A DNA stretch of 64,000 nt from Eledone cirrhosa (lineage: Eukaryota), in the NCBI GenBank assembly GCA_964016885.1, contig OZ024741.1, positions 188,914,001 to 188,978,000 on the forward strand, given 5' to 3'. Position 1 is the stretch's first letter. Each line of letters begins with the position of its first letter. The translations under genes were made by a program, and so were the position numbers. The notes beneath the pieces were generated by a model. It did not search any database and was not told the origin of the DNA. It worked only from the letters and a program-made list of their open reading frames with translations. This document shows, in pieces, positions 34,070-47,596 of this stretch.

Positions 34070-36013
34070 ATTAATATTGTCGGGCAATATTTCTGTCATG
34101 AAATTGGCCAAAGCACACTTTACATAATGGCACTTTGCAAAAGCAACACATGAAAGATGTTCCTATCTGGTAACCTTTAGCAGTTTTTCTCTTTTGCAAA
34201 GAGCACATTCTGCAAATTTTCTTCTTCCCATTAATTTTTTTCTATCTCATGAAAATCAATATTTTCTCTGTTAACATCTAGTTCAGATAGTTTTGATTTT
34301 CTCCCAGCTCTGTGTTTGTGGCAAGTGTACCCCACCATATAACTGTGATGCAACATCCACACAAAATTTCATGTGGCAGTGGTCTTTAGTTGTGGTGGAT
34401 CCTTGTGGCTTTTACTGAATACAATAAAAGAATTTACAATGGTTAAATTCGCTAAAAACCACATTTCTTTCCAGGACATCCAACTAAGTAGCATTCATAA
34501 TATTGGTTAGATTTGTCAACCCCACCCATGTATTTATTGTAGGAAATATTTACTAAAGGTTTGCCTTCAGTCCAAACACCTGGTTATTGATTTGAAAACA
34601 AGAATAACATTTGCTGTTTGTTCTTGCATAATGTGGCTAGCATGTTTCTTTTTTGCACCTGGAGAATGTCTCCTCATTTTTTAAATTTTGTGCATTTTAT
34701 TTTTTGAGGCAACCCCTTGCGATTCCCTGTTATTGTACTGCAGATGTACGTGTTTACGAGGGCAAGATGCTTTGCCAATAGCATTGAAGAAAAAATATGG
34801 TCAAAATATCCATGTCTGTGTTGAGAGTGGAAAGGTTCAGTCAGGGACCACACAACATCATATCCTAATACATTTTGTCTCACTCTGTTATATTTTTCCT
34901 GTGTAAACATTGAAGTTTGCACAGTAGCCTGTGTCCAATTCACAAAGCTCCCTTACCTTGATGTCCCATTTGGTGGGTTTAACTGGCACATATTGTTGGA
35001 AATGTACCCTACCTTTATAGCCAGTCATTACTTTATCAACACTAAGATTTTTTCCAGGTACATACATAGTTTTAGATTTCTCAGATAATAAATCAAGTAT
35101 TCGGCAGACTCTATACAAAGGATCATAATTTACTTTATTCCTACCGGGGACATTGGAAGTATCAGCCAAGTGCAAATATTGGTTTAATTTAAAAGAGCTG
35201 GTTTTAGGCATATATAAGGGTCACCATACCTTATATCTTGGCCCCAGTAATTCCACAGTCTTGGAAATTGTTTTATACCAAATATAATATTTATCTATAT
35301 ATAAATTTGAACAACTTCCCTCCATCCGTCCGCCACACAATGTGTGTGTGTGTAAAAGGAAGGAAGGCGATGGTGAAAAAACTATAGCAAAACAGTGGCT
35401 GCACTGCATTTGCTACACTGTTCATGAGTGTGTTTGTGTAAACGTATGTGTATATGTGTTTGTGTGAATATATGTGTATTTGTGAGAGTGTATTTTTGTC
35501 ATTGTGTCTGTGTTTGCACATTTATATTTATACACTCATACATATAAATGTATGCATTTGCACATACACATACACATACGTGTCAGCATGTTGAAAAAAA
35601 TTCTAGTTGTAAAAAATGCTTGAATTTTGTCAGTCAGCATTATAGATTGGGTTTTCCTCGATTAGAAATGATTTGTTGGGCATACCAATTTGTCTCTGCT
35701 GCCATGGCTTCAAAGAAAGTCTGGCAAAAACAAAAAAAAATAATTCAATGGTTGAGCATTGGGAGGTAGAGAATGTTGTCAACCAGATTTTTCAATAAAA
35801 TCAGGAATATGTACTAGTGTTGTGTTCTTCAACCATGTCACTGTAATATTTTCAATGGCATAATGGAAATCATCTTCACTTTCACTATCAAAATAACAAT
35901 CAACATTGGATGAAAATTCAGAAATATATCCAATTCATTTGAAGATAAATCACTGTTATTTTCTTTTTTCTTTTTCTTCATTTTGTAAGTCAGTATCACT
36001 GCTTTCAGAAGCC
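34070..36013 (-). mobile_element. piggyBac (PGBD4-like) transposase relic
   Basis: LHLAD...DPLYRV..ILD...YVPGKNLSVDKVMTGYKGRVHFQQYVPVKPTKWDIK...TGYCANFNVYTGK; YNKYMGGVD remnant near 34520; AETNWYAQQ near 35690; C-terminal Cys-rich remnant; interrupted and frameshifted. Confidence 0.85.
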
Positions 36014-36158
36014 ATATTGATAAGCACTAAAACAACATGTACTATCACAAGTTTCACTATATTTACTATTATATATTTGCAGTAAAGCCTTATCTTGCAC
36101 AATCTCGACTCTATGAGATTTTGATGATGTTATTGGTTTCTTTTAGAATGATATATTA

Positions 36159-36347
36159 ATTGTTTCTACCTTTGACACAAGGCCAGCAATTATCCCAGTG
36201 TATTACTGGAACTTTATTTTATCGACCCCGTAAGGATGAAAGGTAAAATTAACCTCGGCGGGATTTGAACTCAGTCCGTAAAGGGATGTAACTATGCTGG
36301 AAAGCATGGCGTCCGACCCTCTACCGATACTGCCAATCCACCGCCCT
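36159..36347 (-). mobile_element. SINE family A with 13-bp TSD
   Basis: ATGATATATTAAT is duplicated on both sides. Confidence 0.9.
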
Positions 36348-36869
36348 ATGATATATTAATGTTGGTATGATAGGCTGGTTTCAGCCAGATTGAACAGAAA
36401 GAGAGATTTCTGGCCAGATTTGACTAGTGTAAATGCTAAAGGGTTAATATTTCAATTTTGAAAGGGCTGTGAATAGAAGGCATAGATGACATGTAGAGTT
36501 TGGACAGAAAATCACTGCAACAAATACCCAGGGAAAAGCAGATTTACCTGAACCATTTAATAATAATATTCAATTCATCTGCAAGCAAACAGCCTATGAG
36601 CTTTATATTGAATAAAAATATTTGATTTGTTTGCAAGCAAACAACCTCATTATGCTATAGTTACAGAGTGACAGAAAAGAGATACACAATCTTGACAAAG
36701 GGCAATAACCCAGAAAGAACGTTGTCGATTGTTTCTCTGTGCTACTGCTAGAACAAAAGGATGATGATGGTCATCTAAAAAACAGCTTAATGAAGTTGTT
36801 TGCTTGCAAACAAATCAAATATCATTATTCAATATAAAACTCATGAATACATATTTTTTTTATTTTCAG

Positions 36870-37048
36870 TATATTGGTAATTTCCAAAATGTTGCCTATG
36901 TCATTCTGGGACTGCCAAGAGCCAGACAATTTGATATGGTCCATTTGGATTGTGAAGATCTGAAGCTTGGACTTGTGAAGGTTGCTCGGGCACATGCTCA
37001 GTCACTTCTACATAAAGTGGCTGCAGATCTTCGTGAAGATAACTTATT
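36870..37048 (+). CDS. DNAH12: DNAH12-like exon 4 of window
   Basis: ttttcag|...TT|gtaagg; MVHLDCEDLKLGL resembles DNAH12 MVRLDCEDLKTGL; phase 0 to 2. Confidence 0.92.
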
Positions 37049-38828
37049 GTAAGGAAATGTGTTACTGTTATTACACATAATTTTACACCCAGGGGATTGA
37101 ACCATTGTATGTAATTTCTACCTCATATTTACAGCTGACTGTCAGCTTGCACTGACACATATTTAGAAATATGGGAGTGTGTTTCATGAAAGTCCTCAAG
37201 GAAGGGGGTAGGTTAAGGACTGGTGCTTTGTTTAGATCTGAATTCAAGCTATTATGTCATTATCATCATCGTTTAACGTCCATTTTGCACACTAGCATGG
37301 GTTAGACGGGTCATCCCATTTGAGGTAAATTTCGTTAGGTGACTTTGTCTTACTCATATAGGACTGTTTTGGGCCAGATTTCTGCAGCTGGATGCCCTTC
37401 CTAATGCCAACCACATTTACAGTGTGTGTTGGGTGCTTTTTGCCGTGACTCCTACACGACCACCTTACAGTGTGGACTTCAAGCTTTTTGTTGTGACACC
37501 TACACAATCACTTGACTGTGGGCTAGATATGTTTTGTTCAGAGTGTAAGGGTGGTATAGTGGTTAGGAGGTGCCTACTAAATGTATGTTTGAGTTTGTGT
37601 GCATGGGAAGGTGTGTCTTCTGTATTACTGCATAACGTCAAAGATCTCGATCCTGTGTTATTGTCTTTGAGAGGTTCAATTCTGCAAGGTCAGATTTTAT
37701 CACCTCGTCCCAGGTCTTCCATTCAGAAATAAATCTTCCCCTGGGATAGGATACCGGTCTATCATACAGATTATTTGGTGTTACCTATTCCTTTATGCAG
37801 TTATGTATTTTTATTTTTGCTCCATTGTGTTATAAGCAGTGGTACTTGGGTTTGTGGCTAAAGTGATAAGGTTGGAACTGGCGAACATGTAGCATGTGAC
37901 ATCACAGATTAGTGATATATCCCCCTTTGTGCGAATGGGAAATGGGTTATCCCATCTGGGCACTTAGCATTATAAAGGTTGGCGCCTGCAAATTCCAGTT
38001 GTGAGGTGAAACTGGATGCCTCAAAGCTCCTCATGATGTCATTCAAGGGGGCATGCCACAGGTACTGACCTGTACTGTTGCAACAAGAAAGTGAGTGTAC
38101 TCATCATTAAAAAAGAGTACTAGTTGATGAAGAGAGTACCACATTCTACTGTTTGGTTATGTGTCGGGCTGGAGGCAGGCGAGATGATGTCAGTCCAAGG
38201 AAGATTCAATCCTTGTGCAGGTTTAACTCCATTTGATGTCATCCCAGTTGTATTGGTATTCTGCATAAGGAGGGAAAATGAGTCCATCATCAACACTAGC
38301 CAAAGTTGACTTGAGTTCTCAGTCTACATTAGGTTCAAATGTCATGCAGAGAACCTTATTGATGAGGCTGCAACTGGGAACATAAGCAGCTGACTGGGTG
38401 TGAATAAAAGCAAGCACTTATGATCACTCAGAAGTGGTGGGGGACAAAAAAGATCAAATATCAGTCAATAAAAGAACTTTTACCGGATTCCTTGCCTGCT
38501 TGGAATTGAGGCCAAATCTTCCTCGAATCCTACCCTACTGACTTAAGTAGGACCAAGGCATAGATTGTGAAGTCCTAGATATCTCTAAAATGATAAGAGT
38601 GTCACCATCAAATTGACTTTGATTATAGATCTGCTATGCAAGATGGGGGTAGTGGAGTTTCAAGTTTAGTTAAGTAGTTTGCATTTCATTTAAAATATGG
38701 CCCCACATCAAAAATACTGATCTATTGGAACCTAGATGTTGTATTATTTGATGATGATGAGAGTTTTGTTGTTGTGTATGACAATGATGATAATGGTATT
38801 CTTGTCGTTGTGTGTGATGATCTTGCAG

Positions 38829-38964
38829 GATATGCCAGGAATTTGAAAATATAAAGAAGAGAGCTGAGAAAGAACCAGAAACTAGTGAAGAATTGATGGA
38901 TATGATTGTTTTTGTGGAAATGACCCAGTCTATAGGACTGGTCCAACTGGACGAACATATTAAA
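38829..38964 (+). CDS. DNAH12: DNAH12-like exon 5 of window
   Basis: ttgcag|G...AAA|gtaagt; ICQEFENIKKRAEKEPETSEELMDMIVFVE...; phase 2 to 0. Confidence 0.92.
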
Positions 38965-39319
38965 GTAAGTAGTAGTCTACAATATATACATATCATCAGT
39001 TAACTATTTTCCATGGTTGTGTAGATTAGCTGGGTTGTCACATGTTAGGTGACAACCCAGTTAGGTGACCAGTCCTGCTTGTACACTCCATTGCTTTTGG
39101 ATTCTACAACTGGGTGCCTTTCTTAATACCTATCACTTTATTGCATATATATATGCATATATATATACGGGTGATATGGCGCATGTCTATCCGGCATGAC
39201 ACCCTTAATTTAATTTAATTTAATTTATCTTAATTTTGGATATATATATATATATATATATATATAACGAAGGAAATGTGGTAAGGAACCAGGTGGACCA
39301 TAACGCACCAAAGTACTCA

Positions 39320-39354
<35 letters not shown>

Positions 39355-39710
39355 GAGGCATGTGGCCTAGTAGTAAGGATGTTGAACTTATGACCATAAT
39401 GTCGTGGGGTCGATTCCTGGGTTGCGTGTTGTGTTCTTGAGCAAAATACTTCATTTCACGTTGCTCCAGTGTACTCAGCTGAAAATGAGTACAAGCTGGG
39501 GGTTTAACCCTGCAATGGACTGGTATCCTGTCCAGCAGGGAGTCTTGTACTCTCAGTCGCTTCACACCATGAAACCGGGATAAGCACCAGCCAAATGAGC
39601 CTTCTGGCTTAAGACAGACTTTAGACTTTATATATATATATATACTATGAATATTGAAAAGCTGATGGCTAACACTGTCTAGCAGATTCCTGCCGAAGTA
39701 GCGGAAGACA

Positions 39711-39751
39711 ACTGCCAACATGTTTCTGGCTCTGACCATCATCAGGACAGT
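39711..39751 (-). ncRNA. Minimal type-I hammerhead ribozyme with intact core
   Basis: Reverse strand reads actgtc-CTGATGA-tggt-caga-gcca-GAAA-CATG-TT-ggcagt: 6-bp stem I, 4-bp stem II, palindromic stem III, GUU triplet. Confidence 0.75.
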
Positions 39752-40027
39752 GCATCTCCTGTTCTCTGCTGGAATTTGAAACAGGCGAAAATATATAGTT
39801 TTTGCCTATGTAGATGGGCTGATAAGCCTCATTTGCATATGGAGCTGTTAAACTGGCTCAGCTTAAAGTAGAATTTAAGTATTTGCTCTGACATAGCTGT
39901 ATATGAATTTTATGAGTATTTTATGAGTATGTGAATTTTATGCATCTAATGATATATGTTATGCAAATATGCAATAAAGTGAATTAGAAACCATTGTTTG
40001 TATTTTTCTATTATTATTGCTTGAATA

Positions 40028-40216
40028 TGGGCGGTGGATTGGCAGTATCGGTAGAGGGTTGGACGCCATGCTTTCCAGCATAGTTACGTCCCTTTACAAT
40101 CTGAGTTCAAATCCCGCCGAGGTTGACTTTGCCTTTCATACTTACGGGGTCGATAAAATAAAGTACCAGTAATGCACTGGGTAATTGCTGGCCTTGTGCC
40201 TAAAGTAGAAACAATT
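40028..40216 (+). mobile_element. Full-length SINE family A with TSD (representative of more than 15 copies in the window)
   Basis: TGGCAGTATCGGT A box, GAGTTCAAATC B box, GCCTTTCATNCTTACGGGGTCGATAAA core (resembles the Deu/Nin SINE domain); TSD TTGCTTGAATAT. Confidence 0.9.
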
Positions 40217-40375
40217 TTTGCTTGAATATATGCATCTGATTTTTTCTTATTTCTTATTTGCTTAATACCTTAAAAATACTTTTTATGGTTTTTAACTAGT
40301 TACTACTTTTAAATATAACTGTTGTCTGACCGAATATTTGCCTCTGATTCCATATTTTCAATTTTTCTATTCAAG

Positions 40376-40495
40376 CAAATTAAAAAGAAATTGTCATATC
40401 TGGTTGATAATTACCAATTCTCAGAGGAAGACTTAGAACTAAATGCTGCAGTCCTTACATGGCCAGAGAATATTAACTCTGCTTTTGATGATGAT
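40376..40495 (+). CDS. DNAH12: DNAH12-like exon 6 of window
   Basis: AAG acceptor and gtaagt donor; QIKKKLSYLVDNYQFSEEDLELNAAVLTWPENINSAFDDD resembles DNAH12 EDLALNATVLMWP; phase 0 to 0. Confidence 0.88.
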
Positions 40496-41828
40496 GTAAG
40501 TTGTAATATAAATTTATATTTAAACCTCTATTATTTCTAGTAAATATTAAACATACAGCTAAATACATGAGCTAATGATGTGTTTATCTACTTTAGGATA
40601 GTTACACTGTTTCACTACATAATGTAAGAGATGGCTAATAGTGTTAACGTGAGGAAGGTTATCCAATTGTAAAACATTGCTTCAAAAAGGACCCTATGAT
40701 GAATATGAAATCCTTCATCAGGCTCTCAAGGCTAACTCTAAAATGGCTATGATATGTTTGCTGCTGCAACCAAATATATAAGCTAATGAAGAAGCCTCAA
40801 CACAGTCATATAATTTGCTAGGAATAGCAACCAAATTTCTTTCATATCACATCCTGCTATTTTAAATGAAGGAGGTCTAATTGGATAATGAAGTCTTAGA
40901 GAGATTATGTCTAGAAAAAGGTGGCAAATTTGCAGGATGATTAGGGTATTGAACAGAATTCCCTGCAATATTAATTCCATCTCTCTCTGCTTTAAATTCC
41001 TATAGTACCAGGGTTAGCTTTACCTTCATCCTAACTTAATAAAATACTAATCCAGTACTAGGGTTGATTTTTCTCTCTTTCTCCTCTTTCTTTCTTCTCT
41101 TCTCTCTTCCTTCTCTCCACCCCCTCTCTCCAGATTGTACTTATAATTCAAAGGTCCTAACTTGGATTTGACCTAAGAATTACATTAAAGATACATGTCA
41201 TTGTGGAATACTCAGTCACTTATATATTAATTTCACTACGAGGAATTTAGTTGGTCAAAGATCATTGAGACTGATAGGTGATCATGTCTAGAACACATTT
41301 GATAATAGGTCACTTCACTAGGGATTACCTTTCACTAAATAAGACGAAAGGACATATTGCTAGACCTACCACCCTACTAAAATCACCCAAGGACCAGGTG
41401 TTTGTGTTAAACCTGGAAATATGTTGGTAGGGTGGTTGTAGTATGTTCTACCCCCCACCACCACCTACTGAAGATGCCCAAAGCCAGGTGGTGGTGTTAA
41501 ATCTGGAAGTATGTTGTTAAGGTAGTAGAAATATGTTCTACCACCTTACAAAAGACAGCCAAGGACCTGGTTATAGTATGTTAGACCTGCTACCTTATTA
41601 ATAGCACCAAAAAACTAGAAGGCCTGGTAGACCTACTGCCTTATTATGAAAGCACTTGGCTTAGTGGCTAGAATGTTTGGCTCATGACCATAAGGTCATG
41701 AGTTTGATTCTTGATGCAAGACACTTTATTTCACATTGCTCCAATCCACTCATTTGGCAAAAATGAGTTTATCTGTTATTCAAAGGGCTAGCCTTGTCAC
41801 ACACTGGGTCATTTCCATAAGAATTATA

Positions 41829-42045
41829 TTAACCCTTTAGCATTTAAACCAGCCATATCCGGTCAGAATTCTCTCACCTCTTTTTTTTTCAAACTGGCTG
41901 TAACTGGCAGCTCATAATTATGTTAAAGCATTGTTCTCAAAATAAATAACATCAAATTCTCATAGATTTGATATTATGTGAGATAAGACCTTTACTGTGA
42001 AAATATAATAGTAAATATAAAGTAATGTAAATGTTAAAGTGTTAA
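41829..42045. mobile_element. piggyBac-type MITE
   Basis: TTAA-CCCTTTAGCATT ... AATGTTAAAGTG-TTAA. Confidence 0.8.
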
Positions 42046-42393
42046 GGGTACATGTGTTTGCAGAATGCTCAGCCACACGAGCATGCAGTTTAGTTGATGG
42101 AACAAGAGGAACACTTATCGTTGAAACTGAGGTCCATTCCTTCTATTATTCTCCTAAAGACATCCATTTGGTGGTGTTAAACCAGGTGTATTTACCACCC
42201 ATCTTACTAAAGACACCTATCAGTTGTTAAACTGCACAGGGTGCTATACTTACAACTCAGTGTTAGTATCTAACTGTTGTTATGAAAAAAGGAATTAACA
42301 AAGGTTATTGCCATTGAATATGGATCCAAACACCCAGTCTTCAGTTAAATAACAACTTGTTGCTTATGATAATATGGTGTTTCATTTTTACAG

Positions 42394-42600
42394 TTGATAG
42401 AATTTTACAAGCAGAGGGGGGAGAAGATATTGTTGGAACGTCGAGAGAAATTGACAGCAGAATTGTTAAAACTGAGGCAACGTGTCGATGAATTCAACGA
42501 TTTTGGTGAAATTGATATGATGCAACAATACATCAAAGATGGCACAGCTGTACAAAAACGGCTGAATGAGGCCAGAACACAAGTTACTTGGATTAACAAG
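42394..42600 (+). CDS. DNAH12: DNAH12-like exon 7 of window
   Basis: tttacag|...AAG|gtaggt; LIEFYKQRGEKILLERREKL...EFNDFGEIDMMQQYIKD...WINK; phase 0 to 0. Confidence 0.93.
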
Positions 42601-42979
42601 GTAGGTTGGTTACCATTTTTTGTTTGAGAAGTAAACTAAATAGATAAAGGGATGAAGTGAGAGGTAGCTGTATGGGAAATGGGGAGAGAGAGAGAGAGAG
42701 AGATTAGGTTTGAAAGAGATGGGAAAGAGTATGAGAGTGAGAGAGAAAGAGAGAAATGGTTGAATGAGTGAAGAACACAAGTTGTTTGTTTGGATCAACA
42801 AGACAAGTTAGTCACCATTTGATGTAAGGAAGTAAATAGAGGGAGAAAGTGAAAGGGGAGAGGCGAAACAGAGAGGATTGAAACTGGCTAGAAACAGAGA
42901 GAGAGAAGGGGGAGGTGCAGAAATAGATGTTAGACTGGACAAAAAGAGATAAAGGAGAACGAAGGAGAGAGAAAAACAA

Positions 42980-42984
42980 TTACT

Positions 42985-43037
<53 letters not shown>

Positions 43038-43180
43038 ACTGGGAGAGAGAGAGAGAGAAACAATTACTGGGAGAGAGAGAGAGAGACAATTAGTGGAAGA
43101 AAGGAAGAGAGAGTGGGAGAGAGACAAACATACAGAAGTGATATGTTGGATAGAGAGAAGTAGGGAGAGAGAGACAGAAA
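42980..43180. repeat. (GA)n-rich compound repeat with AACAATTACTGG spacers
   Basis: Directly visible in the sequence. Confidence 0.85.
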
Positions 43181-43369
43181 GATATATAGAGAAAAAGGAA
43201 TATGTTAATTATTTGAAAACTTTAAATGTTTTCATAACGTATTTTTTTAAATTCCTTAATGCTTTTTTTTTATTTACACCTTGTCTAAATGGGTATGAGG
43301 TGGAGTTAGATAGCTGTAGTTGCTTTACCCCTGGGCACCTCTAAAGTGTGTGTGCGTGGATGGCTGTGT

Positions 43370-43631
43370 TTAACCCTTTCATTACCATATTTCCACTAAA
43401 AGACACTGCTGGTGATTTTTGAATAATTTGAAAATAAAAAGTATTTGGATGGATTTAGTAATATAATTAACTTTCTTCTTATTAAGTTGGTATTGGGAAC
43501 ATTACTTAACAAAGGTTCTTTCATAAAATTAGGATGAAATTTTTTTAGGAAAATATAAACACTTTAAAAAAGTGAGTTTTGTAGTGTCAAACCAGTGGCG
43601 GTTTCAGGTTGTTTGATACCAAAAGGGTTAA
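43370..43631. mobile_element. Second piggyBac-type MITE family
   Basis: TTAA-CCCTTTCATTACC ... GATACCAAAAGGG-TTAA; a related copy lies at about 44345-44550. Confidence 0.7.
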
Positions 43632-43772
43632 TGGTTCAAGTTCTGATACTAGTACTATATTATGGGACTGAGACACTTAACTCTAAACACCCAATTCCAC
43701 TTAGCTGCATGTACTATAAAGTGGTACAGTCCATCTAGACTGTAAGTAGGTACCACACTTGTTTTCAGTCCA

Positions 43773-43997
43773 TTAACCCTTTAATGTTCAAACCAGCCAA
43801 ACTCGGCCAGAATTCTCTACCTTTTTCTGTTGAAACTGGCTGTAACTGGTCACTCACACTGATGTTAAGGTATTGTTCTCAAAATAAATACTTTCAAAAT
43901 CTCATAGATTCGATATGTGAGATAATTATGCGAGATAAAGCCTTTACCATGAAAATATAATAGTATATATAGAGTAATGTGAATGCTAAAGGGTTAA
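43773..43997. mobile_element. piggyBac-type MITE inserted in an about 36-bp minisatellite (about 43700-44180)
   Basis: TTAA-CCCTTTA ... TAAAGGG-TTAA. Flanks are GCTGTATGTAGGTACCACA...CAGTCCATTAA units. Confidence 0.8.
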
Positions 43998-44770
43998 GCT
44001 GTATGTAGGTACTACACTTGTTTGCAGTCCATTAAGCTGTATGTAGGTACCACATTTGTGTGCAGTCTATTAATCTGTATGTAGGTACCACATTTGTGTG
44101 CAGTCCATCTAGCTATAAGTAGGTACCACAGTCACATACAGTCTATCTAGTATGAGAAAGTATCACATTGTAGCATAGTCCATCTGACTGTTAGTAGGCA
44201 CTAGAATATAGTACAGTCTACTTAGCTGTAGAGTGATATACTCCAGTTAGCTATAAGTATGTGCCTCTGGCTGTTGGTAGATACCACAGTGGTATCTACT
44301 TACAGCTAGGTGGACGATATTCAGATATGGTACATCCTTTTCCCTTAACTCTTTCGTTACCATATTTCTAATAAAAAACATTGCCTATGGTTTTCAAATA
44401 ATCAAGAATTTTGAAGGATTTTATCATTATTAAAGTGGTGTTTGGAACATAGCTTAAAAGTTCTTTTACATAATTATGATAGAAAATTTTAAAAAATTTA
44501 TATACACACTTTGAAAGAAACAGTTTTGTCTTGTAGAACCAAGCTGGTTAAATGATTACATATAAGCCCCTTTATCGGCACATACTTATATATGTAATAA
44601 TGATTTCTAAGATAGTTACAAGGTCAAAAATTATTATGAAAGTGGGTACATTAAAAATATTGACCCCAGTATTTGACTGGAACTATATTTTTTTACCCTG
44701 GAAAGATAAAAGGAATAGTCAATCTCAGTGGGATATAAACTCAGTATGTAAAGGGCTATAATGAAATATG

Positions 44771-45664
44771 TACAGTAGCTAGAGTCGCTAGAGTCAGAAC
44801 GGGATGGAAAAAGTTCAGAGAGCTTATACCACTATTGGCTGCTAAAGGATTCTCTCTAAAAATGAAAGGCAGGCTGTATGATGCCTGCATACGAACAGCA
44901 ATGTTACATGGCAGTGAGACCTGGGCATTGTGTGCAGAGGATATACGCAGACTGGAGAGAAACGAAGCTTGCATGCTCCGCTGGATGTGTAATAGTAATA
45001 TACATGAACGGCAAAGCATAAACAAACTAAGGGAGAAATTAGAAATAAGAGGGATCAGATGTTGTTTACTCGAGAGAAGACTACGTTGGTACGGTCACGT
45101 GATGCGCATGAAAGATGACAGCTGTATAAAAAAGTGCAGGGCGATAAAAATAGATGGTAGCCACGGAGTAGGCAGACCCAGAAAAACCTGGAACGACTTG
45201 ATAAATTCCGACCTCACACACTTACACTTCTCCAAGACAATGTCACTGGACCGAGATCTTTGGCGCTATACAGTTATACAGAAGACCCGCCTTGCCTAAG
45301 TACAAAGCGAAACCTACAGTCAGTAGGCACCTCTAACAAAATACACCCCTGTCCCACTACCGCCAGCCCATCCACACCACCTCCTTAAATGTGAAGTTAT
45401 GTTGGTACCACAACATCCAGTCCGAAACAAATGAGGTTGTGTAGGTGTCACGACAAAAAAATACACAGTCGACGCTGTAATGTGGCCGTGAAGGTAACAC
45501 GGTAAAAACCTCCCAGTCCACACTGTAAACGTGGTTGGTGTTAGGAAGGGCATCCAGCCGTAGAAAACCCACCAGACAGTCCTATACGAGCAGGATAACC
45601 AATCTTGCCTCAAGTGGGGAAAACTCCCATCCAAACCCATGCAAGCGTGGAAGATGGACGTTAA

Positions 45665-45697
<33 letters not shown>
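44771..45697 (+). mobile_element. 5'-truncated RTE LINE
   Basis: ORF 44835-45299 matches the C-terminus of the 11691 ORF; 3' UTR and (GAT)n tail present. Confidence 0.92.
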
Positions 45698-46310
45698 TGT
45701 TCCTCCTTATCTTTGAACCTCAACCAATGATGAAATCATAAACATGTCACAGTGACATATGGCGTGTCTTAGGTATTTTAAACCAAGCTGAATCCATCCC
45801 TTTCCAGATCTAAATACAGCTGATTTCTGAAAGAAAGAAAGAGAGAGAGAGAGAATAACAGTTTCTAATTTAAGCACAAGGCCCGCAATTTCAGAAAGGA
45901 GGAAAGTTGGTTAAATCAGCCGGTACATGACTGGTAATCGACCCCAAAAGGTTGAAATGCAAAATTTACTTTGTTGGGACTTGAATTCAGAACAGTGCTA
46001 AAATAAATGTCACAAAGCATGTCGTCTGACACCCTAGGGGTTCTGTCAATCCACCACCCTATATATATATAGAGAGAGAGGGAGAATAATAAGAATTCAC
46101 CCCAGTACTGGACTGATATGTTTATTTTATTGACCCTGTGAAGATGAAAAATAAATTTGGCTCTGGCTGAATTCAATCTGAGAGTGCAAAGAACCAGACT
46201 AAAAACTGCAGAGCATTCTAACCTAGTGACTATGATACCTTACCTTCTTTTTTATATATGTAATATTGATTTATCTCACCTCATTGATGTTTTTTTTTTT
46301 TACTGAACAG

Positions 46311-46432
46311 GAAGAAATACTGTACAAGTACCCACTAACTAACTACCCTGACATTGAAGAACTCTCATCAACTCTGGATCCTTTCATCAGACTTTTCAAT
46401 GTTGTCGTGAAATGGCAGAAATCAGAGAGAAA
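46311..46432 (+). CDS. DNAH12: DNAH12-like exon 8 of window
   Basis: T-tract-aacag|...AA|gtgggt; EEILYKYPLTNYPDIEELSSTLDPFIRLFNVVVKWQKSER; phase 0 to 2. Confidence 0.92.
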
Positions 46433-47596
46433 GTGGGTCCCTTGCTTCACTTCAACTAAATTTTATCTTTCACTGTACAATAGTTGTAGTGTTGATGGTG
46501 ATGGTAGTGGTAGTTGTGGTGTTTGTAGTAGTAGCTGTACTAGTAGTAGTAGTCGCAGTAGTGGTAACAACAATAGAATGTGCAGCTGGTGCAGTAATTG
46601 TAATTGCTTGCTCCTATATTTTTGTATATTTTTAATCATGTTTCTGAAGATACAGGATTCAATGAAATCAATGGTTAAAGGTAAATTCCTTGAGTCAATG
46701 CTCAGGTTCTAATATATAGATACATTTTTATATATTAATAAGGGGTCTTGTTCTGCCTTGCAAAATTTCTCTTGGAGGCCCTGCTTATGATTAACATAAT
46801 ATAAATCTAATTAAAAAAAGTTTTAGTGTACATGTTAATACACTTTAATTATGATATGCTTTTAAATATAAGATAAATTTATAATCAGAATATTTTATGA
46901 GAAAGTTTATTGCATAAAACTTCTACTACGTTATTAAATAAATACTATACAGATCACCCTGTTATAATTTCTACTCCTTTCATGTTCTATATTGATATTA
47001 TAAGTTCCCTCATGTAAACCACAGAATGTATAGCTTAATGTATGTTCACTATCAGTATGTGCATTCACTTTAAATAATACCTTTGTGGAATTAATAGGGA
47101 AATTGCAATTTTTATATGACTAATGTTTTGTATTTCTCTTCTTAATTTTCATATATTTTATTTTTTCTCTATACTCTCAACATGAAGGTATTATGGATAT
47201 GTTTATTAATAATGTTCTAATTTCAATGTTTCTAAAATTTCAATAACATAAAAAGATTTAATTCTTTCATATATAGATTGTTATTATTAAAGAATATTAG
47301 GGCGGTGGATTGGCAGAATCGGTAGAGCGTTGGACACCATGATTTACGGTGCATAGAGTTACGGCCCTTTACGTTCTGAGTTCAAATCCTGCCTTTCATC
47401 CTTACAGGGTCGATAGGATAAAGTACCAGTAATGCACTGGGGTTAATTGCTGGCCTTTTGCCAAAAGTAGAAACAATTATTAACATTAAAGTATTTTCGA
47501 ACCTTAAGCATTTCGATACCAACCTGATCCAAACTGGTAGAACCTATTGTTTATCTATGTGTGTGTCTGTATGTATGTGTTTGTGTGTGTGATTGA

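Noticed and set aside
40028-40120. tRNA genes at SINE heads
   Set aside because: A/B boxes are present but there is no full cloverleaf; they run into SINE bodies with TSDs.
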